In this document: piece by piece, positions 29,063 to 39,944 of the stretch
Layout: each line of letters starts with the position of its first letter
Numbering within the stretch: position 1 is the first letter of the stretch
Assembly: GCA_016720935.1 (NCBI GenBank)
Contig: JADKJP010000004.1
Coordinates: forward strand, 203,521 to 267,520
Source: Bacteroidota bacterium
GTDB lineage: Bacteria; Bacteroidota; Bacteroidia; AKYH767-A; 2013-40CM-41-45
Direction: 5' to 3'
DNA length: 64,000 bases
Translations under genes and position numbers: made by a program
The notes under the pieces: model-generated
What the model saw: the letters and a program-made list of their open reading frames with translations, nothing else
Database searches by the model: none
What the model was told of the DNA's origin: nothing

Positions 29063-31162
29063 ATGAGCGAGAACAATAGAAATAACGAGTCATCGGGCGG
29101 ACAGCCCAAAGGCGGGAAAGACGGAAAAAAATTTCCAAACTCTCCCCGCTTCAATTTTAATTTTTACTGGATCTACGGGATTATCATTGTAGTCTTGATC
29201 ATTACCCAGTTTTTTCAATGGGGTACTGCCGAGCATAAAATACTTTTTGATGATTTCGAAAGGACCATGCTGGTCTCCAAAGATGTCGACCGTATCGTGG
29301 TCACCAATGATGTCGCGCACATCTATATTAAAAAAGACAAACTCAGCGATCCGAAATACAAAGATGTCAGGTTTAAAACCTGGGGCAATGTAGAAAACCC
29401 GGGTCCGCATTACTACCTGAATACCGGTCCGGCTGAACTTTTTTCCAAAAAAGTTGAGGAAGCTCAGAAAGATTTTAAGCCTGAAGAAAAAATCAGCATC
29501 GACTACGAGCAGGACAGCCACAGCTATTGGGACATTGTCCTGAACTGGTTACTCCCGATCGGATTCTTTATTGTTATCTGGGTCTTCATCATGCGCCGGA
29601 TGGGCGGTGGTGGTGGCGGAAGCCAGATTTTCAATATCGGGAAATCAAAAGCTCAGCTCTTTGATAAAGATCTTCAGGTACGTGTTACCTTCAACGATGT
29701 AGCAGGTCTGGAAGAAGCGAAAGTGGAAGTCATGGAAATTGTCGACTTCCTCAAAACGCCAAAAAAATATACTACCCTCGGTGGAAAAATTCCACGCGGA
29801 GCATTGCTTGTGGGCCCTCCGGGAACAGGTAAAACTCTCCTTGCAAAAGCCGTTGCCGGCGAAGCACAGGTGCCTTTCTTCTCCTTGTCTGGTTCCGATT
29901 TCGTAGAAATGTTCGTTGGTGTGGGAGCTTCCCGTGTAAGGGATCTTTTCCGTCAGGCAAAAGAAAAAGCGCCTTGTATTATTTTCATTGATGAAATTGA
30001 CGCGATCGGTCGTGCCCGTGGCAAATCGCCTTCCTTCTCCGCGAATGACGAGCGGGAAAGTACACTCAACCAGTTGCTCACGGAAATGGATGGTTTCGGA
30101 AGCAATTCCGGTGTCATCATCCTTGCTGCTACTAACCGTGCGGATATTCTCGACAGAGCTCTTTTACGTCCCGGACGTTTTGACCGCCAGATTTATGTCG
30201 AGCTTCCGGATGTGAACGGACGTAAAGCAATTTTCCTCGTTCACCTGAAGCCACTCAAAATTAACGACACGCTCGATATCGATTTCCTTGCCCGCCAGAC
30301 ACCGGGATTCTCCGGCGCGGATATTGCAAACGTCTGTAACGAAGCAGCGTTGATCGCCGCGCGTAAGAACAAAACGAGTATCGATAAACAGGACTTCCTC
30401 GATGCCATTGACAGAATCATCGGTGGTCTTGAAAAGAAAAACAAAATCATTTCTCCACAGGAAAAGAAAGTCATCGCTTTTCACGAAGCCGGTCATGCCG
30501 CAGTGAGCTGGTTGCTTGAACATGCTCACCCGCTGATTAAAGTTACCATCGTTCCACGCGGTAATTCTCTCGGCGCTGCATGGTATCTTCCTGAAGAAAG
30601 ACAAATCACGACTACCGATCAGCTCATGGATGAAATCTGCGCGGCCCTCGGCGGACGTGTGGCCGAAGACATCATCTTCGGAAAAATCTCTACCGGTGCG
30701 CTGAGTGATCTGGAAAAAATCACCAAGCAGGCTTATGCCATGGTGACGATTTATGGATTGAATGAAAAAATCGGAAACATCAGTTTTTACGATAGCTCCG
30801 GTCAGCAAGAATATACTTTCAACAAACCTTACAGCGAACAAACAGCTGAGACGATTGATTCCGAAGTGAAGAAAATGATCGACATCGCTTATGCACGCAC
30901 CAAGGACATTCTTTCCAGACACAAAGAACAATTGTCACAACTGGCAGGCCGTCTGCTTGAACGCGAAGTCATCTTCAAAGAAGACCTCGAACAAATCTTT
31001 GGCAAACGTCAGTGGGAAGATAAACCGGAAGTTCCGCTACTGCCTGTTCCAAATTCCAATGGAAGCAGCAATGGCTCAAACACTCCAAAAGACCAGGAAA
31101 TTCCAAGCATGCCACCGGTAAATCCTCCGACAGCATTCGATGCGAATCCGCGATCTGAGTGA
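29063..31162 (+). CDS. ftsH: ATP-dependent zinc metalloprotease FtsH
   Basis: Two N-terminal TMs, AAA+ Walker [12 protein letters not shown], and the HEAGH zinc-binding motif. Confidence 0.95.
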   Translation: MSENNRNNESSGGQPKGGKDGKKFPNSPRFNFNFYWIYGIIIVVLIITQFFQWGTAEHKILFDDFERTMLVSKDVDRIVVTNDVAHIYIKKDKLSDPKYKDVRFKTWGNVENPGPHYYLNTGPAELFSKKVEEAQKDFKPEEKISIDYEQDSHSYWDIVLNWLLPIGFFIVIWVFIMRRMGGGGGGSQIFNIGKSKAQLFDKDLQVRVTFNDVAGLEEAKVEVMEIVDFLKTPKKYTTLGGKIPRGALLVGPPGTGKTLLAKAVAGEAQVPFFSLSGSDFVEMFVGVGASRVRDLFRQAKEKAPCIIFIDEIDAIGRARGKSPSFSANDERESTLNQLLTEMDGFGSNSGVIILAATNRADILDRALLRPGRFDRQIYVELPDVNGRKAIFLVHLKPLKINDTLDIDFLARQTPGFSGADIANVCNEAALIAARKNKTSIDKQDFLDAIDRIIGGLEKKNKIISPQEKKVIAFHEAGHAAVSWLLEHAHPLIKVTIVPRGNSLGAAWYLPEERQITTTDQLMDEICAALGGRVAEDIIFGKISTGALSDLEKITKQAYAMVTIYGLNEKIGNISFYDSSGQQEYTFNKPYSEQTAETIDSEVKKMIDIAYARTKDILSRHKEQLSQLAGRLLEREVIFKEDLEQIFGKRQWEDKPEVPLLPVPNSNGSSNGSNTPKDQEIPSMPPVNPPTAFDANPRSE

Positions 31163-31236
31163 AAACGGGAATAAGAATTTCCGATATGAACGATTTGACC
31201 GGGTAGATAATTTTAGCAAAAAATTGACCCTTACGT

Positions 31237-31887
31237 ATGCAGGACAGTACAACGCGGGAGAAAATACTAAAGAAAATCCGCCAGGCATTGATTCACAAAA
31301 CGAATCAACGTTTTCCGAATATTGATTGGGACAAAAATATTTATGTCACTTCAGATGAAAGTCTGGAGGAACAATTCGCGAAATCATTTACTAAAATTGG
31401 CGGTCAGTTTGTCTTTTGTGAAAATGAACTTGAATTTTTAGAACACCTTGTCGGCCTTGCAGAAGAACGCGGGTGGAAATTAATCCATTGCCGTGAACAA
31501 AAAATCACGGATCTGATGGATCAGGTTGAATTTCCTTATCTGAAAAATAGTGTCGATTATCCCGAGGGAATGGTCTCCGTGACCAGTTGCGAAGCATTGG
31601 TTGCAAGACTTGGATCAGTAATCATTTCCTCCAAACTCGGGTCGGGCCGACAATTATTTGTTGTACCAACAACGCATGTTGTTCTCGCATACACTTCTCA
31701 ACTTGTACCTGAATTAAAAGACGCTCTTCAGCTGATCCGAAGTAAATATGGCGATCAAACACCTTCCATGATCGCTTCCCTTACCGGCCCGAGTCGTACC
31801 GCTGATATTGAAAAAACATTGGTTACACCGGCCCATGGTCCGCGTGACATTATGGTTTTTCTGGTGGACGACAGCGCTACTGAATGA
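31237..31887 (+). CDS. LUD-domain protein (LutB/LutC, YkgG-like)
   Basis: 216-aa protein with the C-terminal LUD-domain pattern; assignment by recollection of family features only. Confidence 0.5.
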   Translation: MQDSTTREKILKKIRQALIHKTNQRFPNIDWDKNIYVTSDESLEEQFAKSFTKIGGQFVFCENELEFLEHLVGLAEERGWKLIHCREQKITDLMDQVEFPYLKNSVDYPEGMVSVTSCEALVARLGSVIISSKLGSGRQLFVVPTTHVVLAYTSQLVPELKDALQLIRSKYGDQTPSMIASLTGPSRTADIEKTLVTPAHGPRDIMVFLVDDSATE

Positions 31888-31896
31888 TTTTGCTCT

Positions 31897-32103
31897 ATGG
31901 AAAACGGATGGGAATGTATTTACAGCAGCGATAAAATGCACCTGGCTGAAATTGTGCAGGCTGTGTTGCGTGACGAAGGAATAGAATCTGTCGCGGTAGA
32001 CAAACGCGACTCCAGCTACGTAACAATTGGCGAAGTCGAATTGTATGTCCCCGGAGAAAATGCTATTCTTGCGCGTTCAATAATCGAACAACATCAACTG
32101 TGA
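31897..32103 (+). CDS. Small DUF2007-like protein
   Basis: 68-aa ORF whose stop overlaps the cdsA start by 4 nt. Weak family assignment. Confidence 0.4.
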   Translation: MENGWECIYSSDKMHLAEIVQAVLRDEGIESVAVDKRDSSYVTIGEVELYVPGENAILARSIIEQHQL

Positions 32104-32921
32104 GCAACTTCCTTCAACGTCTTTTTACCGCACTCATCGGCGCAGCCGTGGTGATTTTCAGCATCCTTTACAGTGAGTGGACTTTTTTACTTTTGTTGGT
32201 ACTGATGGTCACATTGGGATTAAGGGAGTTTTATTCACTGAGTAAAGGTGAGGGAATCCAACCACAGGCAATGTTTGGAATTTTACTGGGACTGGTCCCA
32301 TTTCTTTCTCCACTGCTCAACAGCGCGCTGAAAATTGAACTGAATTTTCTTCCCTTGTTGCTTATCCTTCCTTATTTTATTTTTATCAGGGAACTGTATA
32401 CGAAAGCTGAAAAGCCATTCACCAACATTGCTTACACACTTCTTGGCCCGATTTATATTTCTGCTTCTGTGTTTATGTTCTATCTGTTTTCATTCCAGGG
32501 ACTTGAACAAGGCACTTATCATGGAACAAATATCGTCGGCTACTTTCTCCTCCTGTGGGCAAATGATACCGGCGCTTACCTGGCAGGAAGATGGCTTGGT
32601 AAAACAAAATTGTTCGAAAGGATCTCACCAAAAAAAACCTGGGAAGGAGTTTTCGGCGGAATCGTTTTGACTGCTATCGTTGCTTCGATTATCTCACACT
32701 ATTTTACAAACATTGATGTTGTGAACTGGTATTTTATTGCCGGGATCATTATCCTTACGGGAACTCTTGGTGATCTCGTTGAATCTCTTTTCAAAAGAAG
32801 TGTTCATACCAAAGATTCTTCCTCCCTTCTTCCAGGTCATGGTGGTGTGCTGGATCGTTTCGATGGGCTTTTCATTTCGGCGCCATTCGTATTCTTCTAT
32901 ATGCTGATGATTTTTTCCTGA
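32100..32921 (+). CDS. cdsA: Phosphatidate cytidylyltransferase (CDP-diglyceride synthase)
   Basis: Polytopic membrane protein with the C-terminal CTP-transferase signature (TWEGVFGG..., SLFKRSVHTKDSSSLLPGHGGVLDRFD). Confidence 0.8.
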   Translation: MSNFLQRLFTALIGAAVVIFSILYSEWTFLLLLVLMVTLGLREFYSLSKGEGIQPQAMFGILLGLVPFLSPLLNSALKIELNFLPLLLILPYFIFIRELYTKAEKPFTNIAYTLLGPIYISASVFMFYLFSFQGLEQGTYHGTNIVGYFLLLWANDTGAYLAGRWLGKTKLFERISPKKTWEGVFGGIVLTAIVASIISHYFTNIDVVNWYFIAGIIILTGTLGDLVESLFKRSVHTKDSSSLLPGHGGVLDRFDGLFISAPFVFFYMLMIFS

Positions 32922-33144
32922 GCTGATCTTTCAGGAGGTGTTAAACAGACATCTATAAAATCTGTTTTTGCCCCAGAGAGACGTATCTGCATTTTTCCTG
33001 AATTTTTTTTCTCTTCGGACCAACCCCTAAAGCAATGGTATTAAGGGTATTGAGGATATTTGAAAATTGGACTTCATTTCAGGATAAATCAAAAGTCCCT
33101 GCTACTTCTTAAAAGCCTACCTTTGCCGCCCTCAAATAAAAACC

Positions 33145-34440
33145 ATGATTACTGCGGAATCCAAAGAATTAACAAATGCCGGTCTGGCTTCAAAAGACAC
33201 CAACAACCCCTACGACTCCATGATACAGCGCTTTGATGTCGCTGCAAAAATTATGGGTCTTGATGATGACACTTACAATGTTCTCAAAACCCCACATCGC
33301 CAATATCTGGTCAGTCTGCCGGTAAAAATGGACGATGGAAAAGTAAAAGTTTTCGAAGGTTATCGTATCGTGCACAACGCGAGTCGTGGTCCTTCAAAAG
33401 GTGGAATACGTTATTCCCTTGAAGTAAACCTCGATGAAGTAAAAGCTCTTGCTGCATGGATGACGTGGAAATGCGCCATCGCTGATATTCCATATGGCGG
33501 TGCGAAAGGCGGTATTACCGTTGACCCTTCCAAATTATCCGAAGGCGAACTCGAGCGACTCACACGTGCCTATACTGCTGCCATGAGTGATGTCTTTGGT
33601 GTTGACAAAGATATTCCTGCTCCGGATGTAGCTACCGGCCCTCGTGAAATGGCATGGATCGTTGATGAATATTCAAAAATCAAAGGCGCATTTACTCCCG
33701 GCGTGGTTACAGGAAAACCAATTCACCTTGGCGGTTCTGAAGGACGTGTTGAAGCAACCGGTCGTGGTGTAAATACAGCCGCTCTGGAAGCAATGAAAAA
33801 AATTAAGATGGACCCGAAAAAATCCACTGCCGCTGTACAGGGCTTTGGAAATGTAGGTTCCATCACCGCCAAATACATGGAAGAAGCGGGCATAAAAATT
33901 GTCGCAATCAGTGATCATACCGGAGCATTCTACAATGCAGAAGGAATCAACATCGCGGATGCCATTGCTTACCGTACTTTGAACAACGGAGTCCTCAAGG
34001 GCTTTCCCGGTGGAAAATTAATTCCGAACGAGGAATTACTCACACTTGATGTAAACATCCTCGCCCCTTGTGCGCTGGAAAATCAGATCCGTCGTGCAAA
34101 TGCGAATGATATCAAAGCACAACTCATCGTCGAAGGTGCCAACGGCCCGATCACCGCGGGGGCAGATGAAATTCTTACTCAAAAAGGAATTGTCGTGATC
34201 CCGGATATCCTCGCAAATGGTGGCGGCGTAACCGTTTCTTATTTTGAATGGACACAAAACCGTTTCGGATATTATTATCCTGTAGAAGAAATTCACAAAC
34301 GTGCCGACCGTTCCATGATCAGAGCCTTTGAAAATGTTTGGGCAATTTCACAAAAACACAAAGTATCCATGCGTATAGCGGCTTACATTTTTGCACTGGA
34401 AAAGGTGTCTGTCGCCTTAAAATCACGCGGAAACTATTGA
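33145..34440 (+). CDS. gdhA: Glu/Leu/Phe/Val-family NAD(P) glutamate dehydrogenase
   Basis: Catalytic GGAKGG motif (IPYGGAKGGI) and Rossmann GFGNVG. Confidence 0.9.
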   Translation: MITAESKELTNAGLASKDTNNPYDSMIQRFDVAAKIMGLDDDTYNVLKTPHRQYLVSLPVKMDDGKVKVFEGYRIVHNASRGPSKGGIRYSLEVNLDEVKALAAWMTWKCAIADIPYGGAKGGITVDPSKLSEGELERLTRAYTAAMSDVFGVDKDIPAPDVATGPREMAWIVDEYSKIKGAFTPGVVTGKPIHLGGSEGRVEATGRGVNTAALEAMKKIKMDPKKSTAAVQGFGNVGSITAKYMEEAGIKIVAISDHTGAFYNAEGINIADAIAYRTLNNGVLKGFPGGKLIPNEELLTLDVNILAPCALENQIRRANANDIKAQLIVEGANGPITAGADEILTQKGIVVIPDILANGGGVTVSYFEWTQNRFGYYYPVEEIHKRADRSMIRAFENVWAISQKHKVSMRIAAYIFALEKVSVALKSRGNY

Positions 34441-34450
34441 TTCCGGCTTA

Positions 34451-34486
34451 AAAAACGGAGAAGCTTCAGGGCTTCTCCGTTTTTGT
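34451..34486 (+). terminator. Rho-independent terminator after gdh
   Basis: AAAACGGAGAAGC-TTCAG-GGCTTCTCCGTTTTTG. Confidence 0.85.
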
Positions 34487-34602
34487 TTTAGATAACTCTA
34501 AAAAGATGTTGAAATCCCCTTTTCAAAAAGCATCACGCTTCACCTACAAATCCTATATTCGCTCCTGAATTCTGATCAAAAGCATCTCACAATACTAAAT
34601 CC

Positions 34603-35262
34603 ATGACGATTCACAAAGAAGGCTATGCATCCCTTGCCATCACAATCCTCGTACTGGCAGGATTACACATTCTCGGGGACCAGTTCCTCAGTAATTTCCC
34701 CATGCTCCGCCTGGGAATCCTCATTGGCTCCATTATTCTTTTTCTCATCATCCTTCAATTTTTCAGACATCCTTCCCGCAACATCGTAAAGAACGAAAAC
34801 TATGTCATCTGTCCTGCGGATGGTAAAGTGGTGGTGATTGAAGAAACTACTGAAGGAGAATACCTGAAAGACAAAAGGATCCAGGTTTCTATTTTTATGT
34901 CGCCGTTCAATGTGCATGTGAATCGTTATCCGGTGAGCGGACAAGTTACTTTTTGTAAATATCATCCCGGCTTGTATCTCGTCGCATGGCATCCAAAATC
35001 TTCCACGGAGAATGAAAGAACTACAGTTGTGATCGAGACCAGTTCCAAAACACAAATTCTTCTCAGACAAATTGCAGGAGCTCTTGCACGACGTATTGTC
35101 TGCTACCCGCAACAAGGCTGGATGGTAAAACAGGGAGAAGAAATGGGCTTCATCAAATTCGGCTCTCGAGTGGATGTCTTCCTTCCACTCAATGCAAAGA
35201 TCAAAGTGAATATGGATCAAAAGGTAACAGGCGGAGAAACAATCCTGGCTGAACTTTCCTGA
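34603..35262 (+). CDS. psd: Phosphatidylserine decarboxylase proenzyme (short bacterial form)
   Basis: GEEMGFIKFGSRVD cleavage/pyruvoyl motif near the C-terminus; N-terminal TMs. Confidence 0.85.
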   Translation: MTIHKEGYASLAITILVLAGLHILGDQFLSNFPMLRLGILIGSIILFLIILQFFRHPSRNIVKNENYVICPADGKVVVIEETTEGEYLKDKRIQVSIFMSPFNVHVNRYPVSGQVTFCKYHPGLYLVAWHPKSSTENERTTVVIETSSKTQILLRQIAGALARRIVCYPQQGWMVKQGEEMGFIKFGSRVDVFLPLNAKIKVNMDQKVTGGETILAELS

Positions 35263-35288
35263 TCCACTCCAAAAATTTTTCAAATAAA

Positions 35289-35322
35289 AAAAGGGAGCCA
35301 TTCGGTTCCCTATTTTATTTAT
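35289..35322. terminator. Bidirectional terminator between psd and the convergent lipocalin-like gene
   Basis: AGGGAGCC-ATTC-GGTTCCCT stem with A-rich 5' and T-rich 3' flanks. Confidence 0.6.
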
Positions 35323-35338
35323 TCTTATTGAAGAAAAT

Positions 35339-35767
35339 TTATTTATGCGCGCTGCCGGTTCTATAGTCAGGTATTTGACCATCCTTGATGGTAAAATTAA
35401 ATGAAAGTGTATTGTTGTTATTGTATGTACCTGAACCGGTAACTGTATCGCCCGCAAATACATTCAAAGGAGCTCCGGGGATTGTTATCGAATTACCAGT
35501 GACAGTAGCAACAACCATCGTATACGCATCAAAATTATACATTAGGATTTGGTCCGGCGCACTGTTACTTGCGGAAATTGTCATGTTCCAGTTGAGTGAA
35601 TTCCCTGAAGATCCTGTTGAAGATCCCTGCCAGTCACCCAGAAATTTTTCCCGATCAGTGGTTGTAGGACCATTTTCGGTGGAATTCTTCTCGCAGGAAT
35701 ACAATACCAACAAAGAACTCACTATCACCATTGCCGAAAGCAATTTTATTTTTCTCATGAGAAGCAT
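35339..35767 (-). CDS. Lipocalin-like lipoprotein (hypothetical)
   Basis: Signal peptide plus lipobox (LVLYSC); ~140-aa beta-rich sequence. Confidence 0.4.
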   Translation of the reverse strand: MLLMRKIKLLSAMVIVSSLLVLYSCEKNSTENGPTTTDREKFLGDWQGSSTGSSGNSLNWNMTISASNSAPDQILMYNFDAYTMVVATVTGNSITIPGAPLNVFAGDTVTGSGTYNNNNTLSFNFTIKDGQIPDYRTGSAHK

Positions 35768-35800
35768 TTAAGCTTAAACTAGTCAATTACCGGACCAAAA

Positions 35801-37492
35801 TTATTTGAGCCTTGCTTTCAGGTCTAAATTGAACTTCCGTGCCGTATCCAGAGCAATGTCATAGCCGGCATCCGCATGACGAATGACACCCATTGCAGGG
35901 TCGTTATTGAGTACACGTTTGATCCTTCTCTTTGCATCATCTGTACCATCCGCGACGATGACCATGCCGGAATGGATGCTATAACCCATTCCAACGCCTC
36001 CTCCATGATGCAATGACACCCAGCTGGCACCACCGGCTGTGTTGATCAGCGCGTTCAATACAGGCCAGTCTGCAATCGCGTCACTGCCATCTTTCATGGC
36101 TTCGGTTTCCCTGTTGGGTGAAGCCACACTACCTGTATCGAGGTGATCACGACCAATCACAATCGGCGCCTTCACCTTGCCTGATTTCACGAGCTCGTTA
36201 AAAGCCAGTCCTGCCTTTTCACGATCGCCCATACCGAGCCAACAAATTCGTGCAGGCAAACCCTGGAAGGCGATTCTTTCCTGCGCCATTTTTATCCAGC
36301 GGTGGAGAGATTTGTTTTCAGGGAAGAGCTCGAGAATAACTTTATCCGTCTCGTAAATATCCTGTGGATCTCCGCTCAAAGCTGCCCAACGGAAAGGTCC
36401 CTTTCCTTCGCAAAACAATGGACGAATATAAGCAGGAACAAAACCGGGAAAATCAAAAGCGTTTTTCACGCCGTGTTCGAGTGCGCGTCCGCGGAGATTA
36501 TTGCCGTAATCAAACGTAATCGCTCCCTTCGCCTGTAATTCGAGCATCAAACGCACATGTTCCGCCATGGAATCATAAGCCATTTCAAGATAACGTGCAG
36601 GATTGGATTCTCTCAGCACATTTGCTTCTTCATTGCTGAGACCTTCCGGCAAATAACCCACAAGCGGATCGTGCGCGGAAGTCTGATCTGTAAGTGCATC
36701 CGGAATTACACCGCGCTCTTTCAAACGACGCAGCAATTTTACCGCGGTGCAGATAACACCAATGGATTTATTTTCGCCACTCTTCTTAAACGAAAGTGCG
36801 AGATCAATCGCCTTATCTATATCATGTTCGATAAAATCAAGATAACGTGTCTCCACACGCTTTTGCGCGCGCCATTCTTCCACTTCCGCGGCAAGACAAA
36901 CACCATCTGCCATGGTGATAGCAAGTGGCTGAGCTCCGCCCATTCCGCCAAGCCCTGCTGTTACACAGAGCTTGCCTTTGAGGCTTCCGTTAAAATGTTT
37001 ATCCGCAAGCGCGTTGAATGTTTCGTAAGTACCCTGTACGATGCCCTGTGAGCCGATGTATATCCAGGAACCTGCTGTCATCTGACCATACATGATCAGA
37101 CCTTTCTTTTCCAGCTCATCGAATACTTCCCAGGTCGCCCAATGCGGAACCAACTGAGAATTGCTGATGATGACACGCGGAGCATCTTTGTGTGTCGGTA
37201 AAATCCCAACCGGCTTTCCACTCTGCACCAGCAAAGTTTCATCTTCATTCAGATCACGCAGTGCTTTCACAATGAGGTGAAACGATTCTACATTTCTGGC
37301 AGCCTTCCCTCTGCCACCATAAACAATCAGATCCTCCGGGCGTTCCGCTACATCCGGATCCAGGTTGTTATGAAGCATGCGTAAGGCAGCTTCCTGAATC
37401 CAGCCTTTGCAGGAAATAGTTGTACCTGTTGGCGTCTTGGTTTTTGACAAATCCAGCTTCTCATGAAGTGTTGTTGATGGTATCATGTTCAA
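35801..37492 (-). CDS. hutU: Urocanate hydratase (urocanase)
   Basis: Full-length 560-aa match including the NAD-binding region. An ATG at 37486 is an alternative start to the TTG at 37492. Confidence 0.9.
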   Translation of the reverse strand: MNMIPSTTLHEKLDLSKTKTPTGTTISCKGWIQEAALRMLHNNLDPDVAERPEDLIVYGGRGKAARNVESFHLIVKALRDLNEDETLLVQSGKPVGILPTHKDAPRVIISNSQLVPHWATWEVFDELEKKGLIMYGQMTAGSWIYIGSQGIVQGTYETFNALADKHFNGSLKGKLCVTAGLGGMGGAQPLAITMADGVCLAAEVEEWRAQKRVETRYLDFIEHDIDKAIDLALSFKKSGENKSIGVICTAVKLLRRLKERGVIPDALTDQTSAHDPLVGYLPEGLSNEEANVLRESNPARYLEMAYDSMAEHVRLMLELQAKGAITFDYGNNLRGRALEHGVKNAFDFPGFVPAYIRPLFCEGKGPFRWAALSGDPQDIYETDKVILELFPENKSLHRWIKMAQERIAFQGLPARICWLGMGDREKAGLAFNELVKSGKVKAPIVIGRDHLDTGSVASPNRETEAMKDGSDAIADWPVLNALINTAGGASWVSLHHGGGVGMGYSIHSGMVIVADGTDDAKRRIKRVLNNDPAMGVIRHADAGYDIALDTARKFNLDLKARLK

Positions 37493-37659
37493 TCTCTTTT
37501 GTATTTCTTTTTCAAAGATTCATTGTATTTCCAAGGACAATGACGGCATCCGCTCTGACAACAATATCCTCTTTTCAGATGATATTTCTCTGTAAAGATA
37601 ATATAGCCTTCAGGTGATAAGTAAAAATCCTCTTTCTCAAATTTCTCGTGATGGGCCAT
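37489..37659 (-). CDS. Small (56-aa) cysteine-rich protein [56 protein letters not shown]
   Basis: Not in the ORF track (<60 aa). Its stop overlaps the hutU TTG start. The [11 protein letters not shown] motif resembles a small conserved Bacteroidota protein family (possibly DUF5522; unverified). Confidence 0.45.
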   Translation of the reverse strand: MAHHEKFEKEDFYLSPEGYIIFTEKYHLKRGYCCQSGCRHCPWKYNESLKKKYKRD

Positions 37660-37785
37660 ATTCGGCAATAGGATCAGATGAAAATCAGTGAATCACTTCG
37701 GAGCCCCTGATTATCAATAGAATATTATCATTCAGGTGTCAAATTTACCGATTCGGAATGGAAGCACAAATTGTAGTTTTGCACC

Positions 37786-38691
37786 GTGTTGAACAGCGAT
37801 CCGGTCTCCAAAATCGAAGAAATTCAGTTTTCTCCCCTTCATAACAGCGGTATCAGGCTTTTTGTTCTGCGGGATGATCTCATTCATCCATTTCTTAGCG
37901 GAAATAAATGGAGAAAATTAAAATACAATATCCCTGATATACTCAAAGAGCCTAATACTGTTATGGTCACCTTTGGTGGCGCCTGGTCCAACCACCTCAT
38001 TGCCTCCGCAGCAGCGGGAAAAATTTATGGCTTTGAAACAATAGGCATTGTGCGTGGTGAGGAAGGTGTGATGAATGATGCCTTACGTTTTGCACAAAAA
38101 TGCGGTATGAATTTGTATTACATTTCCCGTGAAGAGTATCGCAAACGCAAGGACCCTGAATTTTTATCCCACATTGAAAACAATTTGAGGATATTTTTTC
38201 CATCAATTCTTCAAAATAAAAATATTTTTCACCTCCCCGAAGGCGGATCAAATGCAGCGGCAGTAAAAGGCTGCGAAGAAATTCCTTCCGCGATTCCAAT
38301 TCATACGGATTATATCTGTTGCGCATGCGGCACGGGAGCAACACTGGCAGGCATTGCAAGAGGATTGAAACATAATCAAAAAGCATTGGGAATACCGGTT
38401 CTGAAAGCGGAGTCCTTTATGCATAAGGATGTCATGCAATGGAATGTAAACCCTGAAAATTTTGAACTGCACTTTGGTTACAGTTTCGGAGGTTATGCAA
38501 AATTCAGTACCGAGCTAATCAATTTCTGTCATGACTTCAGCAGGGAAACACATGTCCCGATAGAACCCGTTTACACCGGTAAATTATTTTTCGCACTCAC
38601 ACAATTGATCAGGCAGGGATATTTTAAAAAGGGTTCGGTAATCACAGCTGTACACAGCGGCGGTCTTTACGATTTTACAAAAGAATGCTGA
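37786..38691 (+). CDS. PLP-dependent ACC deaminase / D-cysteine desulfhydrase family protein
   Basis: Fold-type II PLP enzyme pattern (GGNKWRKL PLP-lysine region, TGGA...GT glycine-rich loop). Confidence 0.7.
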   Translation: MLNSDPVSKIEEIQFSPLHNSGIRLFVLRDDLIHPFLSGNKWRKLKYNIPDILKEPNTVMVTFGGAWSNHLIASAAAGKIYGFETIGIVRGEEGVMNDALRFAQKCGMNLYYISREEYRKRKDPEFLSHIENNLRIFFPSILQNKNIFHLPEGGSNAAAVKGCEEIPSAIPIHTDYICCACGTGATLAGIARGLKHNQKALGIPVLKAESFMHKDVMQWNVNPENFELHFGYSFGGYAKFSTELINFCHDFSRETHVPIEPVYTGKLFFALTQLIRQGYFKKGSVITAVHSGGLYDFTKEC

Positions 38692-38918
38692 CCATTCTTC
38701 ATTAGAAATTTAAATCATTTAATGTGTAAATGAAAAATGTTACATTTTTGGAAGAATTTTTTCTAATAATCAGGAGTAATTTTTAATGAAGAAAATAAAT
38801 GATACGGATTTTATATTCTGCTGTATCCATTTAAGCACATTTCAGGTATAAAATGAACAAAACCTTACCGTTTAGGTTCGGAATTCAATTTGTCGTCAAC
38901 AAAACCGTTGTAATACCA

Positions 38919-39884
38919 ATGAAACAAACATCCCTCTTATTGCTGAGCTTATTCTTTGCAGTCTCCTCCTTCGCCGGAGACAACCGGCGCATGTCGAGAA
39001 GCGAATACATCGCTCTGTATAAAGACGATGCGATTCGTGATATGCAAAAAACAGGTGTTCCTGCCTGCATCACTATGGCGCAGGCTCTCCTGGAATCGAA
39101 TGATGGAAATTCTCCCCTCGCGCTTGAAGCCAATAATCATTTCGGTATCAAGTGCGCCGAATGGACAGGACCTTCCTATATCCAGGATGATGACAAAAGA
39201 GATGAATGCTTCCGTAAATACAGCAGCGTTCTTGAATCATACGATGACCACTCCAACTTTTTGAAAACAAGACCGCGTTATTCTTCTCTCTTTCAACTTG
39301 ACATTACCGATTACAAAGGATGGGCAAAAGGATTGAAAAAAGCAGGTTACGCGACCGATCCAACGTATGCGGATCGTCTGATAAAAATTATTGAAGACAA
39401 TCAACTGTATCTGCTCGACCAGGGACAATCTCCTCCGGAATATGCAAGCACCAACAACTTCATCTCTATTCCTGAAGAAAAACCTGTCGCGGAGCCCAAA
39501 CGTATTTTTGTTCCAAGTGTAGACGCGGTGGATCCTTACACTTCCCGTCGTGTTAAACAGGTGAATGGAGTTGATTACATTGTTGCACGCCGTGGTGATA
39601 CTTTCAAAAGCATCGCGAAAGAATTTGAACTGGGTTACTGGCAACTTCCTAAGTACAATGAACTCTCAGATGATGTTCCGCTGGTTGAAGGACAGATCGT
39701 TTTCCTGAAACCAAAGAAAAAAGAAGGTGAACGCACTAATTATACTGTTAAAGAAGGCGACACGGTGTACTATATCTCCCAGGTGATGGGCATCAAAATA
39801 AAATATCTTTACAAATACAACAACCTGAGCGAAGGTCAGCAACTCCAGCCCGGACAGAAATTAAATCTGAAAAAACAATCCTAA
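38919..39884 (+). CDS. Glucosaminidase (mannosyl-glycoprotein endo-beta-N-acetylglucosaminidase-like) with two C-terminal LysM domains
   Basis: Signal peptide from the internal Met (MKQTSLLLLSLFF), FlgJ-type glucosaminidase core (TMAQALLESN...HFGIK) and two LysM repeats (DTFKSIAKEF..., DTVYYISQVMG...). Confidence 0.7.
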   Translation: MKQTSLLLLSLFFAVSSFAGDNRRMSRSEYIALYKDDAIRDMQKTGVPACITMAQALLESNDGNSPLALEANNHFGIKCAEWTGPSYIQDDDKRDECFRKYSSVLESYDDHSNFLKTRPRYSSLFQLDITDYKGWAKGLKKAGYATDPTYADRLIKIIEDNQLYLLDQGQSPPEYASTNNFISIPEEKPVAEPKRIFVPSVDAVDPYTSRRVKQVNGVDYIVARRGDTFKSIAKEFELGYWQLPKYNELSDDVPLVEGQIVFLKPKKKEGERTNYTVKEGDTVYYISQVMGIKIKYLYKYNNLSEGQQLQPGQKLNLKKQS

Positions 39885-39908
39885 GGGTACCACTTAGGAT
39901 AAAATAAA

Positions 39909-39937
39909 AAACTGCTCCTGTAAGAGCAGTTTTTTTG
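39909..39937. terminator. Bidirectional terminator between convergent genes
   Basis: AACTGCTC-CTGTAA-GAGCAGTTTTTTTG with an A-run upstream. Confidence 0.75.
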
Positions 39938-39944
39938 TTTTGCA

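Noticed and set aside
30164-30931. 255-aa minus-strand ORF
   Set aside because: It is antisense to, and wholly inside, the highly conserved ftsH coding sequence; such shadow ORFs are typical in GC-skewed frames.
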